From: Lachnospiraceae bacterium UBA7199
Lineage (GTDB): Bacteria > Bacillota > Clostridia > Lachnospirales > Lachnospiraceae
DNA length: 64,000 nucleotides
Direction of reading: 5' to 3'
NCBI GenBank assembly: GCA_002490775.1
Contig: DKUR01000063.1
Location: 20,902 to 84,901, forward strand
In this document: one piece after another, positions 47,838-58,742 of the stretch
Layout of the letters: every line of letters begins with the position of its first letter
Position numbering within the stretch: the stretch's first letter is position 1
Program-made: the position numbers and the translations under genes
The notes under the pieces: generated by a model
What the model was told of the DNA's origin: nothing
The model's input: only the letters and a program-made list of their open reading frames with translations
Databases searched by the model: none

Positions 47838-48899
47838 TTAATAAACTTTGACTTCTTTCCAGAGATTATTATACAATTCAGTTCCTTCCACTCCCAGATA
47901 CTGGAAGGTTTCCAGATTTTTATAAAGGCTAAGATCAGGAAATGCAATAGGGGAAGTTCTAATGTCATTGTCTTCAATCAGAGCCTGTGCAGCAGTATTG
48001 GGGGTGGAATAGGTAATATATTCAAAGTTAATCAGCGCAATGTCAGGGCGACACATAAAATTGATAAAAGCTTCGGCATTTTCTTTGTTGACAGCATTTT
48101 TAGGAATTACCCAGCTATCAATCCATACATTAGTGCCTTCTTTTGGGATGACGTAAACGAGATCCGGGTTTTCACGAATGGTATAGATCGCTTCACCAGA
48201 GTAAATAACGCCAATGGCTGCTTCCCCACTAATCATTTTATCTCTTACCTGATCAATCACATATGCCTGAACCAGTTTTTTCTGTTGAATCAAAGCATTT
48301 TTTGCGGTTTCAAGTTCTGTTTGGTTTAGGGTATTCATAGAATATCCGTTTAGCTTGAGGGCCACCATAAAGGCATCTCTGACGGAGTCCTGCATAAGGA
48401 TATTGTCATAATAGGTTTCATCCCAAAGCACAGCCCAACTGTCAATCGGTTCTTTTACCATTGTTTTATTGTAAAGGATTCCCACTGTTCCGAAGCAGTA
48501 AGGGATGGAGTATTTGTTTTCCGGATCAAATTCTTTGGACTGCTCGAAATATTGGGTGCCAATATTTACCACATTTGGAATATGATCAAAATTAATTTCT
48601 GCAAGCAGGTCATTTTCAATCATTTTTTGTATCATATAATCAGAGGGACAGATCACATCATATACAGTGGAACCAGACACCATTTTAGGATACATAATTT
48701 CATTGGTTTCAAATTCCTCATAAATCACTTTAATACCGGTTTCTTCTTCAAACATGTCAATTGCCATAGGATCAATGTATTCGCCCCAGTTGTATACAAT
48801 CACTTGGCCATTTTCTCCAAATGCAGAGTTTCCGCAGCCGGTCAGCAGAAAAGATAAAGAGCTGCAAAGTATAAAAATCAGACAATACAGTTTTTTCAT
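47838..48899 (-). CDS. potD: spermidine/putrescine-binding lipoprotein
   Basis: Lipobox LTGC; YNWGEYIDP; YDVICPSDY; PKEG.NVW.D. Confidence 0.94.
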   Translation of the reverse strand: MKKLYCLIFILCSSLSFLLTGCGNSAFGENGQVIVYNWGEYIDPMAIDMFEEETGIKVIYEEFETNEIMYPKMVSGSTVYDVICPSDYMIQKMIENDLLAEINFDHIPNVVNIGTQYFEQSKEFDPENKYSIPYCFGTVGILYNKTMVKEPIDSWAVLWDETYYDNILMQDSVRDAFMVALKLNGYSMNTLNQTELETAKNALIQQKKLVQAYVIDQVRDKMISGEAAIGVIYSGEAIYTIRENPDLVYVIPKEGTNVWIDSWVIPKNAVNKENAEAFINFMCRPDIALINFEYITYSTPNTAAQALIEDNDIRTSPIAFPDLSLYKNLETFQYLGVEGTELYNNLWKEVKVY

Positions 48900-48945
48900 T
48901 ATTCATCTCCTTTATAAATTAAAAAGGTTGAGCAATTGCAGTTTT

Positions 48946-49728
48946 TTATTGCGTTGTGTTTTTAGTGTTTGAAGGCGATTTGTTGACAAGCAGTAAAAGC
49001 AGCAGTACCGTTAAAAAAATGATAGTGGAAAGGGCATACATTTCCGGTTTAATTCCTTTTTTTACTTCCGTATATATTTTGGTGGATAGTGTGTCTGCTC
49101 CCGCACCCTTTGTAAAATGAGTAATGATGAAATCGTCCAGCGACATGGTAAATGCCATCAAAAATCCTGAAAGGATGCCGGGCAGGATTTCAGGAAAAAC
49201 CACTTTCATAAAACCATACACAGGTCCGGCACCAAGATCCAGCGCAGCCTCGTAGGTGTAAGGATTTAATTGTTTCATTTTAGGCAATATGTTTAAGATT
49301 ACATAAGGAATACAAAAGGTAATGTGTGACAAAAGGATGGTACCCATTCCAAACCGAAGTCCGGTACTGATGAAAAGGAGCATCAGGGAAATGCCGGTGA
49401 CAATATCAGCATTCAACATAGGAATATTAGTTATTCCGATTATGATTGTCCTTGTATATTTCTTTAAATTCATGATGGAAATGCAGGCAATGGTGCCAAT
49501 CAATGTGGCAGTGATGGAAGCAGTCAGAGCAATCAGCAGAGTATTAAAAAGCGCCTGCATGATCTCCTCATTCAAAAATAGGGCTTGATACCAGGTTAAT
49601 GTAAATCCGCCCCATTTTGCCCGGGTTTTACTTGCGTTAAAGGAAAGTATCATTAAAGTTGCAATGGGAGCATAGAGGAAAATAAAAATGAATGCTACAT
49701 AGATTCTTTTTATGGCATTCTTGATCAT
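48946..49728 (-). CDS. potC: spermidine/putrescine ABC permease
   Basis: FLYAPI, EAALDLGA, FTMSLDDF. Confidence 0.94.
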   Translation of the reverse strand: MIKNAIKRIYVAFIFIFLYAPIATLMILSFNASKTRAKWGGFTLTWYQALFLNEEIMQALFNTLLIALTASITATLIGTIACISIMNLKKYTRTIIIGITNIPMLNADIVTGISLMLLFISTGLRFGMGTILLSHITFCIPYVILNILPKMKQLNPYTYEAALDLGAGPVYGFMKVVFPEILPGILSGFLMAFTMSLDDFIITHFTKGAGADTLSTKIYTEVKKGIKPEMYALSTIIFLTVLLLLLLVNKSPSNTKNTTQ

Positions 49729-50579
49729 AGAGTACCCCCCTTTCCATCTTTGTCAAACACAGCGGAGACTACCATGTTAAAAATAATAAACATCATAAGC
49801 ACAATAGAAAGACCGCTTCCTAAATGCCAATTGCTTGCCTGAGTAAATTCTTCTTCTATCACATTTCCAATCAAAAGGATTTTGCCTCCGCCAAGCAGCT
49901 TGCTGATCAAAAAAGTGGTAAGAGCAGGAATAAACACCATAGTAATGCCGCTTATGATTCCGGGGGTGGTCAAAGGAAGGGTGATTTTTGTGAAAACCTG
50001 AAACTCATTTGCGCCAAGATCCCTTGCAGCATGGATCACATTGGGATCAATCTTTATTAAGGAGTTGTAAACAGGCAGTACCATAAAGGGCAAAAAATTA
50101 TAAACCATGCCAAGTATAATGGCATAGGGAGTATTTATGATTTTAAGGGCAGGCAGATGCAAAAAAGCAAGAATGTTATTAATAACACCTGTTTTTTCCA
50201 GCAATGTCTGCCATGCCAGTGTGCGCAGCAGAAAATTCATCCACATGGGAAGAATAAAAATCAGTACAATAATATTTTTGTGAGCAGCGTTCGACTTACT
50301 TGACAGAAAGCCAGTTTGCAAAGAGTGGTCGCCGCTGCATAGGATCATGGCAAGTGGATATGCAAGAAACAGACAAATCAGGGTGGAAACAAGTGATAAG
50401 CCCAGCGAAATCCAAAGCGACTTTGCATGCCCAGGGGATGAAATTGCCATAACATTATTCAAGGTAAAAGCTCCGCTTTCATCAGTAAGTCCATAGTAGA
50501 ACACAATCCCCAAAGGGATAAGGATAAACAGGGTGGACCAGATAAAATAAGGGGTGCCCAGAAGTTTTTTCTTATTCAT
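49725..50579 (-). CDS. potB: spermidine/putrescine ABC permease
   Basis: [30 protein letters not shown]; start overlaps the potA stop. Confidence 0.94.
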   Translation of the reverse strand: MNKKKLLGTPYFIWSTLFILIPLGIVFYYGLTDESGAFTLNNVMAISSPGHAKSLWISLGLSLVSTLICLFLAYPLAMILCSGDHSLQTGFLSSKSNAAHKNIIVLIFILPMWMNFLLRTLAWQTLLEKTGVINNILAFLHLPALKIINTPYAIILGMVYNFLPFMVLPVYNSLIKIDPNVIHAARDLGANEFQVFTKITLPLTTPGIISGITMVFIPALTTFLISKLLGGGKILLIGNVIEEEFTQASNWHLGSGLSIVLMMFIIFNMVVSAVFDKDGKGGTL

Positions 50580-51645
50580 TGATACCAACGGCCTCCTCAT
50601 CCTCAGAAGCAGGTTTGTTCATGATCTGAATATTAAAAGGATCAACATTGATGCCTACTTTTGTGCCTACAGGAAACATACTGGTTGAGTGAACCAGCCA
50701 TTCATAACCGGCGGCCATAACCTCCATTTCATAGTGGACGCCTTTAAAAATAAGGTGGGTTACCACGCCATTTATTCTTCCACGGTCGGGATCGGAGAGA
50801 ATAACGTCTTCTGGGCGTATTACTACATCTACAGGCTTGTTGCAGCCAAAACCTGTGTCCACACATGGAAAACGGGTTCCCAAAATATCCACCAGCTTAT
50901 CCTCTATCATAGTGGAACTAATAATATTGCTGTCACCGATAAAGTCAGCGATAAATGCATTTTCTGGTTCATTGTAGATTTTTTCCGGTGTACCAATCTG
51001 CTGGATATAGCCTTGGTTCATGACCACAATGGTATCAGACATAGTGAGTGCTTCTTCCTGATCGTGAGTCACATAAATAAAAGTAATTCCCAATTCATTT
51101 TTTAAACGGATCAGTTCATACTGCATATCCTGGCGGAGTTTAAGATCCAGGGCGCCTAAAGGTTCATCCAAAAGAAGAACTTTTGGCTCGTTTACGATTG
51201 CCCGTGCAATGGCAATACGCTGCTGCTGTCCCCCGCTTAAAGAATCAGGCATACGTTTTTCGTATCCTTCAAGATTTACTAACTTTAAGGCATATTTGAT
51301 TTTGTCATCAATGTAGGATTTGCTTTTATTTTTAATCCTTAGTCCAAATGCGATGTTTTCGGCAATGGTCATATGTGTGAAAAGTGCATATTTTTGAAAA
51401 ACAGTGTTGAGCTGTCTTTTATTGGGAGGCAGTTTTGTAATATCTGCTCCGTCAAAAATAACCTTTCCGGTATCGGGCATCTCAAAACCACCCAAAATGC
51501 GCAGGGTAGTAGTTTTGCCGCATCCGCTGGGGCCCAGTAATGTTAAAAATTCATTTTCACGTATATATAAATTCAAGTCATCCAAAACCATTTGTCCGTC
51601 AAAAGATTTATTGATATTTTTCAGATCAATTAAAATTTTGTTCAT
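50572..51645 (-). CDS. potA: spermidine/putrescine ABC ATPase
   Basis: [33 protein letters not shown]. Confidence 0.95.
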   Translation of the reverse strand: MNKILIDLKNINKSFDGQMVLDDLNLYIRENEFLTLLGPSGCGKTTTLRILGGFEMPDTGKVIFDGADITKLPPNKRQLNTVFQKYALFTHMTIAENIAFGLRIKNKSKSYIDDKIKYALKLVNLEGYEKRMPDSLSGGQQQRIAIARAIVNEPKVLLLDEPLGALDLKLRQDMQYELIRLKNELGITFIYVTHDQEEALTMSDTIVVMNQGYIQQIGTPEKIYNEPENAFIADFIGDSNIISSTMIEDKLVDILGTRFPCVDTGFGCNKPVDVVIRPEDVILSDPDRGRINGVVTHLIFKGVHYEMEVMAAGYEWLVHSTSMFPVGTKVGINVDPFNIQIMNKPASEDEEAVGINE

Positions 51646-51690
51646 GGGCTTTCTCCTTGTAGTATGAAAACAACGGATGGATTTTGTTAA

Positions 51691-52242
51691 TTAAAAGCTC
51701 GGCGGGGTGCTGATCCAGATCAGGACAGCTCCAGTTTTATTGTCTGCCGATAAAAAATGTGTTTTGTTGGATGTAAAATAAAAAGTTTCCCCTTTTTTTA
51801 CTTTATATGTTTTTTTCCCCAGATGGAGGGTGGCGCTGCCTGAGATGATATAGCCAAATTCCTCTCCTTCATGTGGGTTGTCGGGATAAGTACTGCCCCC
51901 GGGAGATAGAGTGAGACGAATCGGCTCCATCATATTTTTCTGGGCATTTGGAATAATCCATTCGATTTTATTTTTCAGGTCTTCATCTATTTTTTCAAAA
52001 TAATCTGTTTCTTTAAAAGCAATCTGAGCATCCTGTGAATCACTAAAAAACTCTTTCAAATCGGTGCCAAGACACATGAGAATGTCTACTAAAGTGGCAA
52101 TGGAAGGGGAGGTTAAATCCCGTTCCAGTTGAGAAATAAATCCTTTAGAAAGTTCACACCGGTCTGCAAGTTCTTCCTGCGTCAGTCCCTTTTGGGTGCG
52201 CAGATCTTTAATTTTATTTCCAATACTGATTCCGTTATTCAT
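51691..52242 (-). CDS. XRE-HTH/cupin transcriptional regulator (PuuR-like) heading the pot operon
   Basis: LTQEELADRCELSKGFISQLE HTH; PHEGEEFGY cupin; ATG 52242 with AGGAG RBS. Confidence 0.9.
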   Translation of the reverse strand: MNNGISIGNKIKDLRTQKGLTQEELADRCELSKGFISQLERDLTSPSIATLVDILMCLGTDLKEFFSDSQDAQIAFKETDYFEKIDEDLKNKIEWIIPNAQKNMMEPIRLTLSPGGSTYPDNPHEGEEFGYIISGSATLHLGKKTYKVKKGETFYFTSNKTHFLSADNKTGAVLIWISTPPSF

Positions 52243-52292
52243 AATTCTCCTTAAAAAATGGATTGGTATAGTTACTTTATAATAAACTTTGA

Positions 52293-52309
52293 GTTTAGTT
52301 TTACTAAAC
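52293..52309. promoter_or_regulatory. palindromic operator candidate of the pot operon
   Basis: GTTTAGT-TTT-ACTAAAC just downstream of the predicted transcription start. Confidence 0.6.
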
Positions 52310-52318
52310 ACTGTTACT

Positions 52319-52346
52319 ATTATACAAGAGGGCAGAAGTTTGTCAA
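52319..52346 (-). promoter_or_regulatory. sigma-A promoter of regulator-potABCD
   Basis: Minus strand TTGACA-16 bp-TATAAT. Confidence 0.7.
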
Positions 52347-52428
52347 TATCTTTTACATAAAATATTTTCTGGAAAAGGTGTAGGAAGTTTAGCTATGTTG
52401 CTTTTGCTGCTTTGGTGTAGGGTTTGGC

Positions 52429-52457
52429 TGGACTGGAAAAATAACCTGTGATATAAT
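52429..52457 (+). promoter_or_regulatory. sigma-A promoter (extended -10) of the lactonase gene
   Basis: TGGACT-17 bp-(TGA)TATAAT. Confidence 0.55.
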
Positions 52458-52507
52458 AATCAAGATGATTTTTGCGCATAATGCTTAAGAGAGGTTGGGT
52501 ATTGATC

Positions 52508-53569
52508 ATGGGAAAAGAAAAGTATGTTGCATATGTATCTACATATACGTATGGAAATAAAAGCGGTTTTGGAATAAGAATTTATGATGTGGACATGGAA
52601 AATGGAAGGTTCCTTGAAAAAGATCAAGTGGAAATTACTAATTCATCTTATGTTACAATATCACATAACCGTAAGTTTTTATACTCTATTACAGATTTTG
52701 GCGTTGAATCCTATAAAATATTGGAGGATGGGAGCCTTTCGATGATCAATCATGCTTCAATCAATGGTATGCGGGGATGTTATTTGTCTACGGATTATGA
52801 TGATAAGTTTTTGTTTGTGGCAGGGTATCATGATGCAAAACTGACAGTTCTTAGAGTAAATGAAGATGGAGCAATTGGTGAGATTACAGAAGAAATCTTT
52901 CATAAGGGGCTGGGAAGTATTGCTGAGAGAAATTTCAGGCCGCATATTAATTGCGTGAAAATGACAAGGGACAACAAATTTTTATGTGCGGCAGATTTAG
53001 GGATGGATCATGTTGTGATTTATGAATTAAATCATTCAAATGGGAGACTGCGTCAGGTGGATATGATCAGAAGCGAGCAGGAATCTGCACCCCGTCATTT
53101 GAAATTTTCCGCAGATGGGAAAATCTTGTATATTGTACATGAACTAAAAAACTACATTGATGTTTATACCTATTCCATTGATGAACATAATAATCCTGTT
53201 TTTGAAAAAATTCAAAATATATCTACGTTAAATACGTATCATGCGGGAGGTTCGGCGGCAAGTGCGTTGAACTTTTCAGAGGATTTTAGATATCTTTGCA
53301 GCTCTAATGCCGGTGATAATAGTGTGATTGTTTATGCAATTGATCAAGAAACAGGACTGCTTGATAAAAGATTTTGTCTGCCGGTCAGCGGTGACTATCC
53401 GAAAGATGCGGCATTGTTTCCGGATAACAGACATTTAGTGTCTTTAAATCATGAATCTGATTCCATGACATTTTTTAACGTAGATATGGAGAAAGGGACG
53501 CTTATCATGAACGGAAAAGAAATGAAGGTGGATCAGCCAAATTGTGTTATATTTTATCGTTTACAGTAA
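52508..53569 (+). CDS. lactonase family beta-propeller (6-phosphogluconolactonase/YkgB-like)
   Basis: AYVSTYT, ADLGMD, PRHL.FS.DGK..Y...EL, SNAGDNS. Confidence 0.85.
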   Translation: MGKEKYVAYVSTYTYGNKSGFGIRIYDVDMENGRFLEKDQVEITNSSYVTISHNRKFLYSITDFGVESYKILEDGSLSMINHASINGMRGCYLSTDYDDKFLFVAGYHDAKLTVLRVNEDGAIGEITEEIFHKGLGSIAERNFRPHINCVKMTRDNKFLCAADLGMDHVVIYELNHSNGRLRQVDMIRSEQESAPRHLKFSADGKILYIVHELKNYIDVYTYSIDEHNNPVFEKIQNISTLNTYHAGGSAASALNFSEDFRYLCSSNAGDNSVIVYAIDQETGLLDKRFCLPVSGDYPKDAALFPDNRHLVSLNHESDSMTFFNVDMEKGTLIMNGKEMKVDQPNCVIFYRLQ

Positions 53570-53571
53570 GC

Positions 53572-53613
53572 AAACGCCAGGCAGCTTGTTATACACAAGT
53601 TCCTGGCGTTTTT
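53572..53613. terminator. probably bidirectional terminator between the lactonase gene and aroC
   Basis: AAACGCCAGG...CCTGGCGTTT followed by Ts. Confidence 0.8.
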
Positions 53614-53645
53614 ATATAAGGCTGGCTGGCCTATCGTTCGTTATT
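53613..53645. repeat. degenerate third copy of the 38-bp element
   Basis: TATATAA GGCTGGCTGGC CTAT CGTTC GTTATT versus unit 1 AACATAA GGATGGCTGGC AAAGTCTGG CATCC GTTGTT; again directly after a terminator. Confidence 0.55.
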
Positions 53646-53655
53646 TATTAAAAGT

Positions 53656-54756
53656 TTATTTTTGATAAAAACCGGTAAGGTAATCAAGTCTGGCGGTCAT
53701 ATTCATCATACATGCATCTAAAATTGTAAGTGCAGCCATAGCCTCTACCACCACAACAGCCCTTGGAACGATAACAGGATCGTGACGTCCTTTGATGGCA
53801 ATTTCAATGTTCTGGTTCTCCTTATTTACTGTTTCCTGCGGGGAAAAGATGGAAGGGGTAGGCTTCACATAGGCTCTTAAAACAAGCTGTGCTCCATCGC
53901 TGATCCCGCCCAGTACGCCGCCGGAGTGGTTGGTTTTCTTGTGTATTTTTCCATTTTTGCAGACAAAGGCATCATTATTTACAGAACCGGTAGATTTTGC
54001 CGACATTATTCCATCGCCGATTTCCACTGCTTTTATAGCGCCAATGGACAGGATGGCCTTGCCGAGATTGGCGTCCAGCTTTTCAAATACAGGATCGCCG
54101 ATACCCGCCGGAATGCCTTCTGCAATGCATTCAATTACACCACCGCTGGAGTCCTTAGCTGACATGCATTTTTGCAAATATTCCAGGGCCTTTTGATCTG
54201 CTTTGGCATCAGGCATACATGTGGCAGTGGTGTAAATGTTTTCTTTCTTATAATTTGCATAGTCAATTTCCACAGGGCCAATGGATTTGGTATAAGCGGT
54301 AATCGTAATCCCCATTTCCTTTAGGATTTTAGCGGCAACAGCACCGGCAGCTACACGCCCAATGGTCTCACGTCCTGAAGAGCGCCCGCCGCCTGTATAA
54401 TCCCGAAAACCATATTTGGCATCAAAGGTGTAATCTGCATGTCCGGGCCTGTAATAGGTGGCAATTTCATTATAGTCTGACGATTTTTGCGAGGTGTTTG
54501 GCACAAGTAATGAAATGGGAGTGCCTGTTGTTTTTCCTTCAAAAACGCCCGAGAGAATTTCCACCTGATCGGATTCCTTTCTGGGTGTGGAAATAGAGCT
54601 TTGACCAGGCTTTCTGCGGTTAAGATAAAGCTGTATATCATTTTCATCCAGCATAAGTCCGGCAGGGCATCCGTCGATGACGACTCCCAAGGCCTTTCCA
54701 TGAGATTCACCCCAGGTGGTTATTTTAAATATATTTCCAAACATTGAACCTGCCAT
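53656..54756 (-). CDS. aroC: chorismate synthase
   Basis: TTWGESHG, RPGHAD, GGGRSSGRET, GRHDP. Confidence 0.97.
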   Translation of the reverse strand: MAGSMFGNIFKITTWGESHGKALGVVIDGCPAGLMLDENDIQLYLNRRKPGQSSISTPRKESDQVEILSGVFEGKTTGTPISLLVPNTSQKSSDYNEIATYYRPGHADYTFDAKYGFRDYTGGGRSSGRETIGRVAAGAVAAKILKEMGITITAYTKSIGPVEIDYANYKKENIYTTATCMPDAKADQKALEYLQKCMSAKDSSGGVIECIAEGIPAGIGDPVFEKLDANLGKAILSIGAIKAVEIGDGIMSAKSTGSVNNDAFVCKNGKIHKKTNHSGGVLGGISDGAQLVLRAYVKPTPSIFSPQETVNKENQNIEIAIKGRHDPVIVPRAVVVVEAMAALTILDACMMNMTARLDYLTGFYQK

Positions 54757-54808
54757 AAATTTTCCAAACCTTTCTTAAATATGTATTTTTTGATAGCAAT
54801 TATATCAA

Positions 54809-54837
54809 ATTATATCTAAATTTTTTTAATTTTACAA
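54809..54837 (-). promoter_or_regulatory. sigma-A promoter of aroC
   Basis: Minus strand TTGTAA-17 bp-TATAAT. Confidence 0.6.
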
Positions 54838-54925
54838 ATATTTTTCAAACATCTATTGTAGAAAAACAATTATTTGTGTAAAATATTATGTGAATTGCTG
54901 TGTAAACGATAAGGAAATTAAAATA

Positions 54926-56017
54926 ATGAAAAGAAGCTTTTATGAGAAAACAAAATTATTTTTTATAAATATGGGGAAATATCATAAGTTTTTAAGGATA
55001 CCTGCGATTATTGGCCTGGCTGTCAGTATGCTTTCCCATAGAATTTGTCTGTATTTTAAAACAGGTACCAAACGGTTTGCATGTACTGTTTTTGTTTTGT
55101 TGTGTTTTATGGTGGGAAATAGTTTTGCCTACCCTGTTTTTCAGGAGGAAAATGGATTCATTTCCGGCGGAGAAAAAGAAGCAGAGGTAGTGGCAGTTGC
55201 AGATTCTAATATTTCGCTGGTGGATGAACAGCAAATTGAATATGAAAATATAAAAGTTCTGGATGACGAGGATGTGGTGGACGGATATGGCGACAGCCAG
55301 TTTCATGACATGAAAAACGTGGACAAGTATTTTCTTGATGAGATTCTTGAAGAAAATGAAATTTTACAACCTTTGAAAGCTGCAGAGCAGGCCGAAATGG
55401 AACCAGCGCCAGAGGCCGCAGCAGATCAGCCTCAATTTGATGCCAAAGACTGGAGACTGGTACTAATTAATAAGCAGCATCCCATACCGGAAGATTATTC
55501 TTTTTCTCTGGGGATGATTAAAACCATTAAAGGGGATATGGAGTGTGATGAGAGGATCATAGAGGATCTGCTGCAGATGATGCAGGCAGCAAGCGAGGAT
55601 GGAGTAACCCTTGCAATCTGTTCTCCTTATCGTGATTTGAGTTATCAGGAATATCTTTTTAACAGGAAAATAAGAGCTTATATGAAAAATGGAATGTCCT
55701 ATATGGAGGCTTACAGTATATCTTCTCAGGCAGTAACAGTTCCTGGGGCAAGTGAGCATCAGATAGGGCTGGCAATTGATATTATATCTGATACATATTT
55801 AACACTGGATGAAGGATTTGCAGAGACAAGCGCAGGGATTTGGCTTTCACAGCATTGTGCTGAGTACGGGTTTATTCTTCGTTATCCCAAAGGAAAGGAA
55901 GCTATTACAAGTATTGAATTTGAACCGTGGCATTTCCGGTACGTGGGAAAGGATGCAGCAGAGGTGATCATGGACGAAGGTCTTTGTCTGGAAGAATTTT
56001 GGGATAAATATTTGTAA
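54926..56017 (+). CDS. M15B (VanY/LdcB-like) peptidoglycan carboxypeptidase, membrane anchored (start uncertain)
   Basis: LINKQHP, SPYR, PGASEHQIGLAID, YGFILRYP, EPWHFRYVG. Confidence 0.88.
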   Translation: MKRSFYEKTKLFFINMGKYHKFLRIPAIIGLAVSMLSHRICLYFKTGTKRFACTVFVLLCFMVGNSFAYPVFQEENGFISGGEKEAEVVAVADSNISLVDEQQIEYENIKVLDDEDVVDGYGDSQFHDMKNVDKYFLDEILEENEILQPLKAAEQAEMEPAPEAAADQPQFDAKDWRLVLINKQHPIPEDYSFSLGMIKTIKGDMECDERIIEDLLQMMQAASEDGVTLAICSPYRDLSYQEYLFNRKIRAYMKNGMSYMEAYSISSQAVTVPGASEHQIGLAIDIISDTYLTLDEGFAETSAGIWLSQHCAEYGFILRYPKGKEAITSIEFEPWHFRYVGKDAAEVIMDEGLCLEEFWDKYL

Positions 56018-56031
56018 TTCAGGAGGAAAGT

Positions 56032-57165
56032 ATGTACCGGCTGTTAAAACAGGAAGGAAGAGCAAAACGGGGAGAGTTTACCACTGTCCACGGTGTAATA
56101 CAGACACCTGTCTTTATGAATGTAGGGACAGTAGCGGCAATAAAAGGGGCTGTGTCTACAGAAGATTTGGAGCGGATCAATACACAGGTAGAGTTGTCTA
56201 ACACCTATCATTTACATGTAAGGCCCGGAGACAAGATTGTAAAACAGCTTGGAGGTCTTCATAAATTTATGTCATGGAACAAACCAATTCTTACAGATTC
56301 TGGAGGTTTTCAGGTTTTTTCCCTGGCAGGACTTAGAAAAATCAAAGAAGAAGGAGTATATTTTAATTCCCATATTGATGGACGCAAGATTTTTATGGGG
56401 CCGGAGGAAAGTATGCAGATTCAGTCTAATCTGGCGTCCACTATAGCTATGGCCTTTGACGAATGTCCTTCAAGTCTGGCAGACCGGACTTATGTACAGG
56501 CATCTGTTGAGAGGACTACAAGGTGGCTGGAACGATGTAAGCAGGAGATGAACCGCCTTAATCATTTAGAAGATACTATAAATAAAAATCAAATGTTATT
56601 TGGAATTAATCAGGGTGCAATTTTTGCAGATATCCGGGTGGAACATGCCAAGCAGATTGCTCAGATGGGACTGGATGGGTATGCCATAGGAGGGCTGGCG
56701 GTTGGAGAAAGCCACCAGGAGATGTATTACATTATTGAAGAAACAGTTCCTCATCTGCCCAAAGATAAACCAGTTTATCTGATGGGAGTAGGTACTCCTG
56801 CCAATATTTTGGAAGGTGTGGAACGGGGAATAGATTTCTTTGACTGTGTTTATCCCAGCAGAAATGGACGACATGGGCATCTTTATACCAATCATGGAAA
56901 AATTAATCTGTTTAATGCAAAGTATGAATTAGATGAGCGTCCAATTGAAGAAGGGTGCGGCTGTCCGGCGTGCCGCAGGTATTCACGGGCATATATCAGA
57001 CATTTGCTGAAAGCAAAAGAGATGCTTGGAATGCGGCTGTGTGTTTTGCATAATCTTTATTTTTATAATAAAATGATGGAGGAAATTCGTGATGCGTTAG
57101 ATCAGGGAGAGTTTGCTGCTTACAAGAAAAGGAAGCTGGAAAGCATGATGAATGAGAACCCATAA
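56032..57165 (+). CDS. tgt: tRNA-guanine transglycosylase
   Basis: TPVFMNVGT, TDSGGFQ, FDECP, GGLAVGE (Cys/Val residues of the bacterial preQ1-inserting type), CGCPAC zinc site. Confidence 0.97.
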   Translation: MYRLLKQEGRAKRGEFTTVHGVIQTPVFMNVGTVAAIKGAVSTEDLERINTQVELSNTYHLHVRPGDKIVKQLGGLHKFMSWNKPILTDSGGFQVFSLAGLRKIKEEGVYFNSHIDGRKIFMGPEESMQIQSNLASTIAMAFDECPSSLADRTYVQASVERTTRWLERCKQEMNRLNHLEDTINKNQMLFGINQGAIFADIRVEHAKQIAQMGLDGYAIGGLAVGESHQEMYYIIEETVPHLPKDKPVYLMGVGTPANILEGVERGIDFFDCVYPSRNGRHGHLYTNHGKINLFNAKYELDERPIEEGCGCPACRRYSRAYIRHLLKAKEMLGMRLCVLHNLYFYNKMMEEIRDALDQGEFAAYKKRKLESMMNENP

Positions 57166-57248
57166 CAAAAAATGCTTGTCTTTGAACAGCTTATTGTGTA
57201 TTATATATTTTAGACTTATTGAGTAAATTAAATCAGGAGGAAAGCTAA

Positions 57249-57563
57249 ATGGGCATGTTATTGTCAGCAGAGGCTGGTGCTGCGGCTGGCGGCGGTATTA
57301 TAATGATAGTATATATTGTACTGATTTTTGCATTTATTTACTTTTTTATGATTCGTCCTCAGAAAAAAGAGCAGAAAAAGATGGCAGCAATGTTATCCAC
57401 ATTGGAAGTAGGTGACTGTGTACTTACAAGCAGTGGCTTTTATGGTATTATTATTGATATTACAGACGATACAGTGATCGTAGAGTTTGGTAATAACAAG
57501 AATTGCCGTATTCCCATGCAGAAATCTGCAATTTCACAGGTTGAAAAAGCAGATGCAGAATAA
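57249..57563 (+). CDS. yajC: preprotein translocase subunit YajC
   Basis: YFFMIRPQKK, GD.V.T..G..G; follows tgt. Confidence 0.94.
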   Translation: MGMLLSAEAGAAAGGGIIMIVYIVLIFAFIYFFMIRPQKKEQKKMAAMLSTLEVGDCVLTSSGFYGIIIDITDDTVIVEFGNNKNCRIPMQKSAISQVEKADAE

Positions 57564-57575
57564 ATTTAAAGTTGG

Positions 57576-57605
57576 AAGTAGGGCGCAGATAATGCGCCTT
57601 ATTTT
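57576..57605 (+). terminator. intrinsic terminator after yajC
   Basis: AAGTAGGGCGCA-GATAA-TGCGCCTTATTTT. Confidence 0.8.
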
Positions 57606-57656
57606 GTATCTAAATATTTTATATATACAAAGTAATAACGGAAATGGAGACAGATC

Positions 57657-58742
57657 ATGAGATTAAATATTGTATGTATACCAGGAGACGGTATCGGCCC
57701 TGAAATCGTGGCAGAAGCAAAGAAGATTCTTGATAAGGTGGCTTTGATTTATGGACATGAAATGAATTATAAGGATGTATTGATGGGGGGAGCTTCTATA
57801 GATGCCTATGGAGTTCCGCTGACGGATGAGACTATTGCCGCCGCAAAGGCAGCAGATGCAGTGCTTATGGGATCAATTGGCGGTGATACCACAACTTCTC
57901 CCTGGTATAAGCTGGCACCAAATTTACGACCGGAAGCCGGACTGCTGGGCATTCGCAAGGCATTAAATTTATTTGCCAATTTAAGGCCGGCAGTGCTTTA
58001 TGAAGAATTGGCAGATGCCTGTCCATTGAAAAAAGAAATCAGCAGTGCAGGATTTGATATGATGATCATGCGTGAACTGACAGGAGGACTATATTTTGGC
58101 GAGCGGCATACCACTGAGGAAGGCGGTGTCCGCAAGGCTGTTGATACACTTTCTTATGATGAAAAAGAGATTCGGAGAATTGCCATAAAGGGATTTGATA
58201 TTGCCATGAAGCGTAAGAAAAAGGTAACAAGTGTGGATAAGGCAAATGTTCTGGATTCTTCCAGATTATGGCGTAAGGTAGTGGATGAGGTTTCAGCGGA
58301 TTATCCTGAGGTTACCTTAGAGCATATGCTGGTTGATAACTGTGCTATGCAGCTTGTGAAGGATCCGGCACAATTTGATGTGATTTTAACTGAAAATATG
58401 TTTGGGGATATTCTTTCCGACGAGGCAAGTATGGTGACCGGCTCTATTGGAATGCTGGCTTCTGCATCATTAAATGACAGTAAATTTGGATTGTATGAGC
58501 CAAGTCATGGTTCTGCTCCGGATATTGCAGGTAAGGGGATTGCAAATCCTATAGCAACTATCTTATCCGCTGCCATGATGCTGCGCTTTTCCTTTGATTT
58601 GGATAAAGAAGCCTTGGCAATTGAAAATGCGGTGAAAAGTATTTTAAAGAAAGGGTATCGTACCATTGATATCATGACAGAAGGCTGCCATCAGGTGGGC
58701 TGTAAGGAGATGGGTGATTTACTGGCAGATGAAATTAATTAA
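57657..58742 (+). CDS. leuB: 3-isopropylmalate dehydrogenase
   Basis: [42 protein letters not shown]. Confidence 0.97.
   Translation: MRLNIVCIPGDGIGPEIVAEAKKILDKVALIYGHEMNYKDVLMGGASIDAYGVPLTDETIAAAKAADAVLMGSIGGDTTTSPWYKLAPNLRPEAGLLGIRKALNLFANLRPAVLYEELADACPLKKEISSAGFDMMIMRELTGGLYFGERHTTEEGGVRKAVDTLSYDEKEIRRIAIKGFDIAMKRKKKVTSVDKANVLDSSRLWRKVVDEVSADYPEVTLEHMLVDNCAMQLVKDPAQFDVILTENMFGDILSDEASMVTGSIGMLASASLNDSKFGLYEPSHGSAPDIAGKGIANPIATILSAAMMLRFSFDLDKEALAIENAVKSILKKGYRTIDIMTEGCHQVGCKEMGDLLADEIN

Noticed and set aside
47832-48329. 165-aa + strand ORF antisense to potD
   Set aside because: No RBS, and the Phe/Ile-rich composition is typical of a shadow frame of a real gene
54926-56017. Vancomycin resistance gene vanY
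   Set aside because: No van ligase, vanRS or vanHX nearby; it sits in housekeeping context next to tgt
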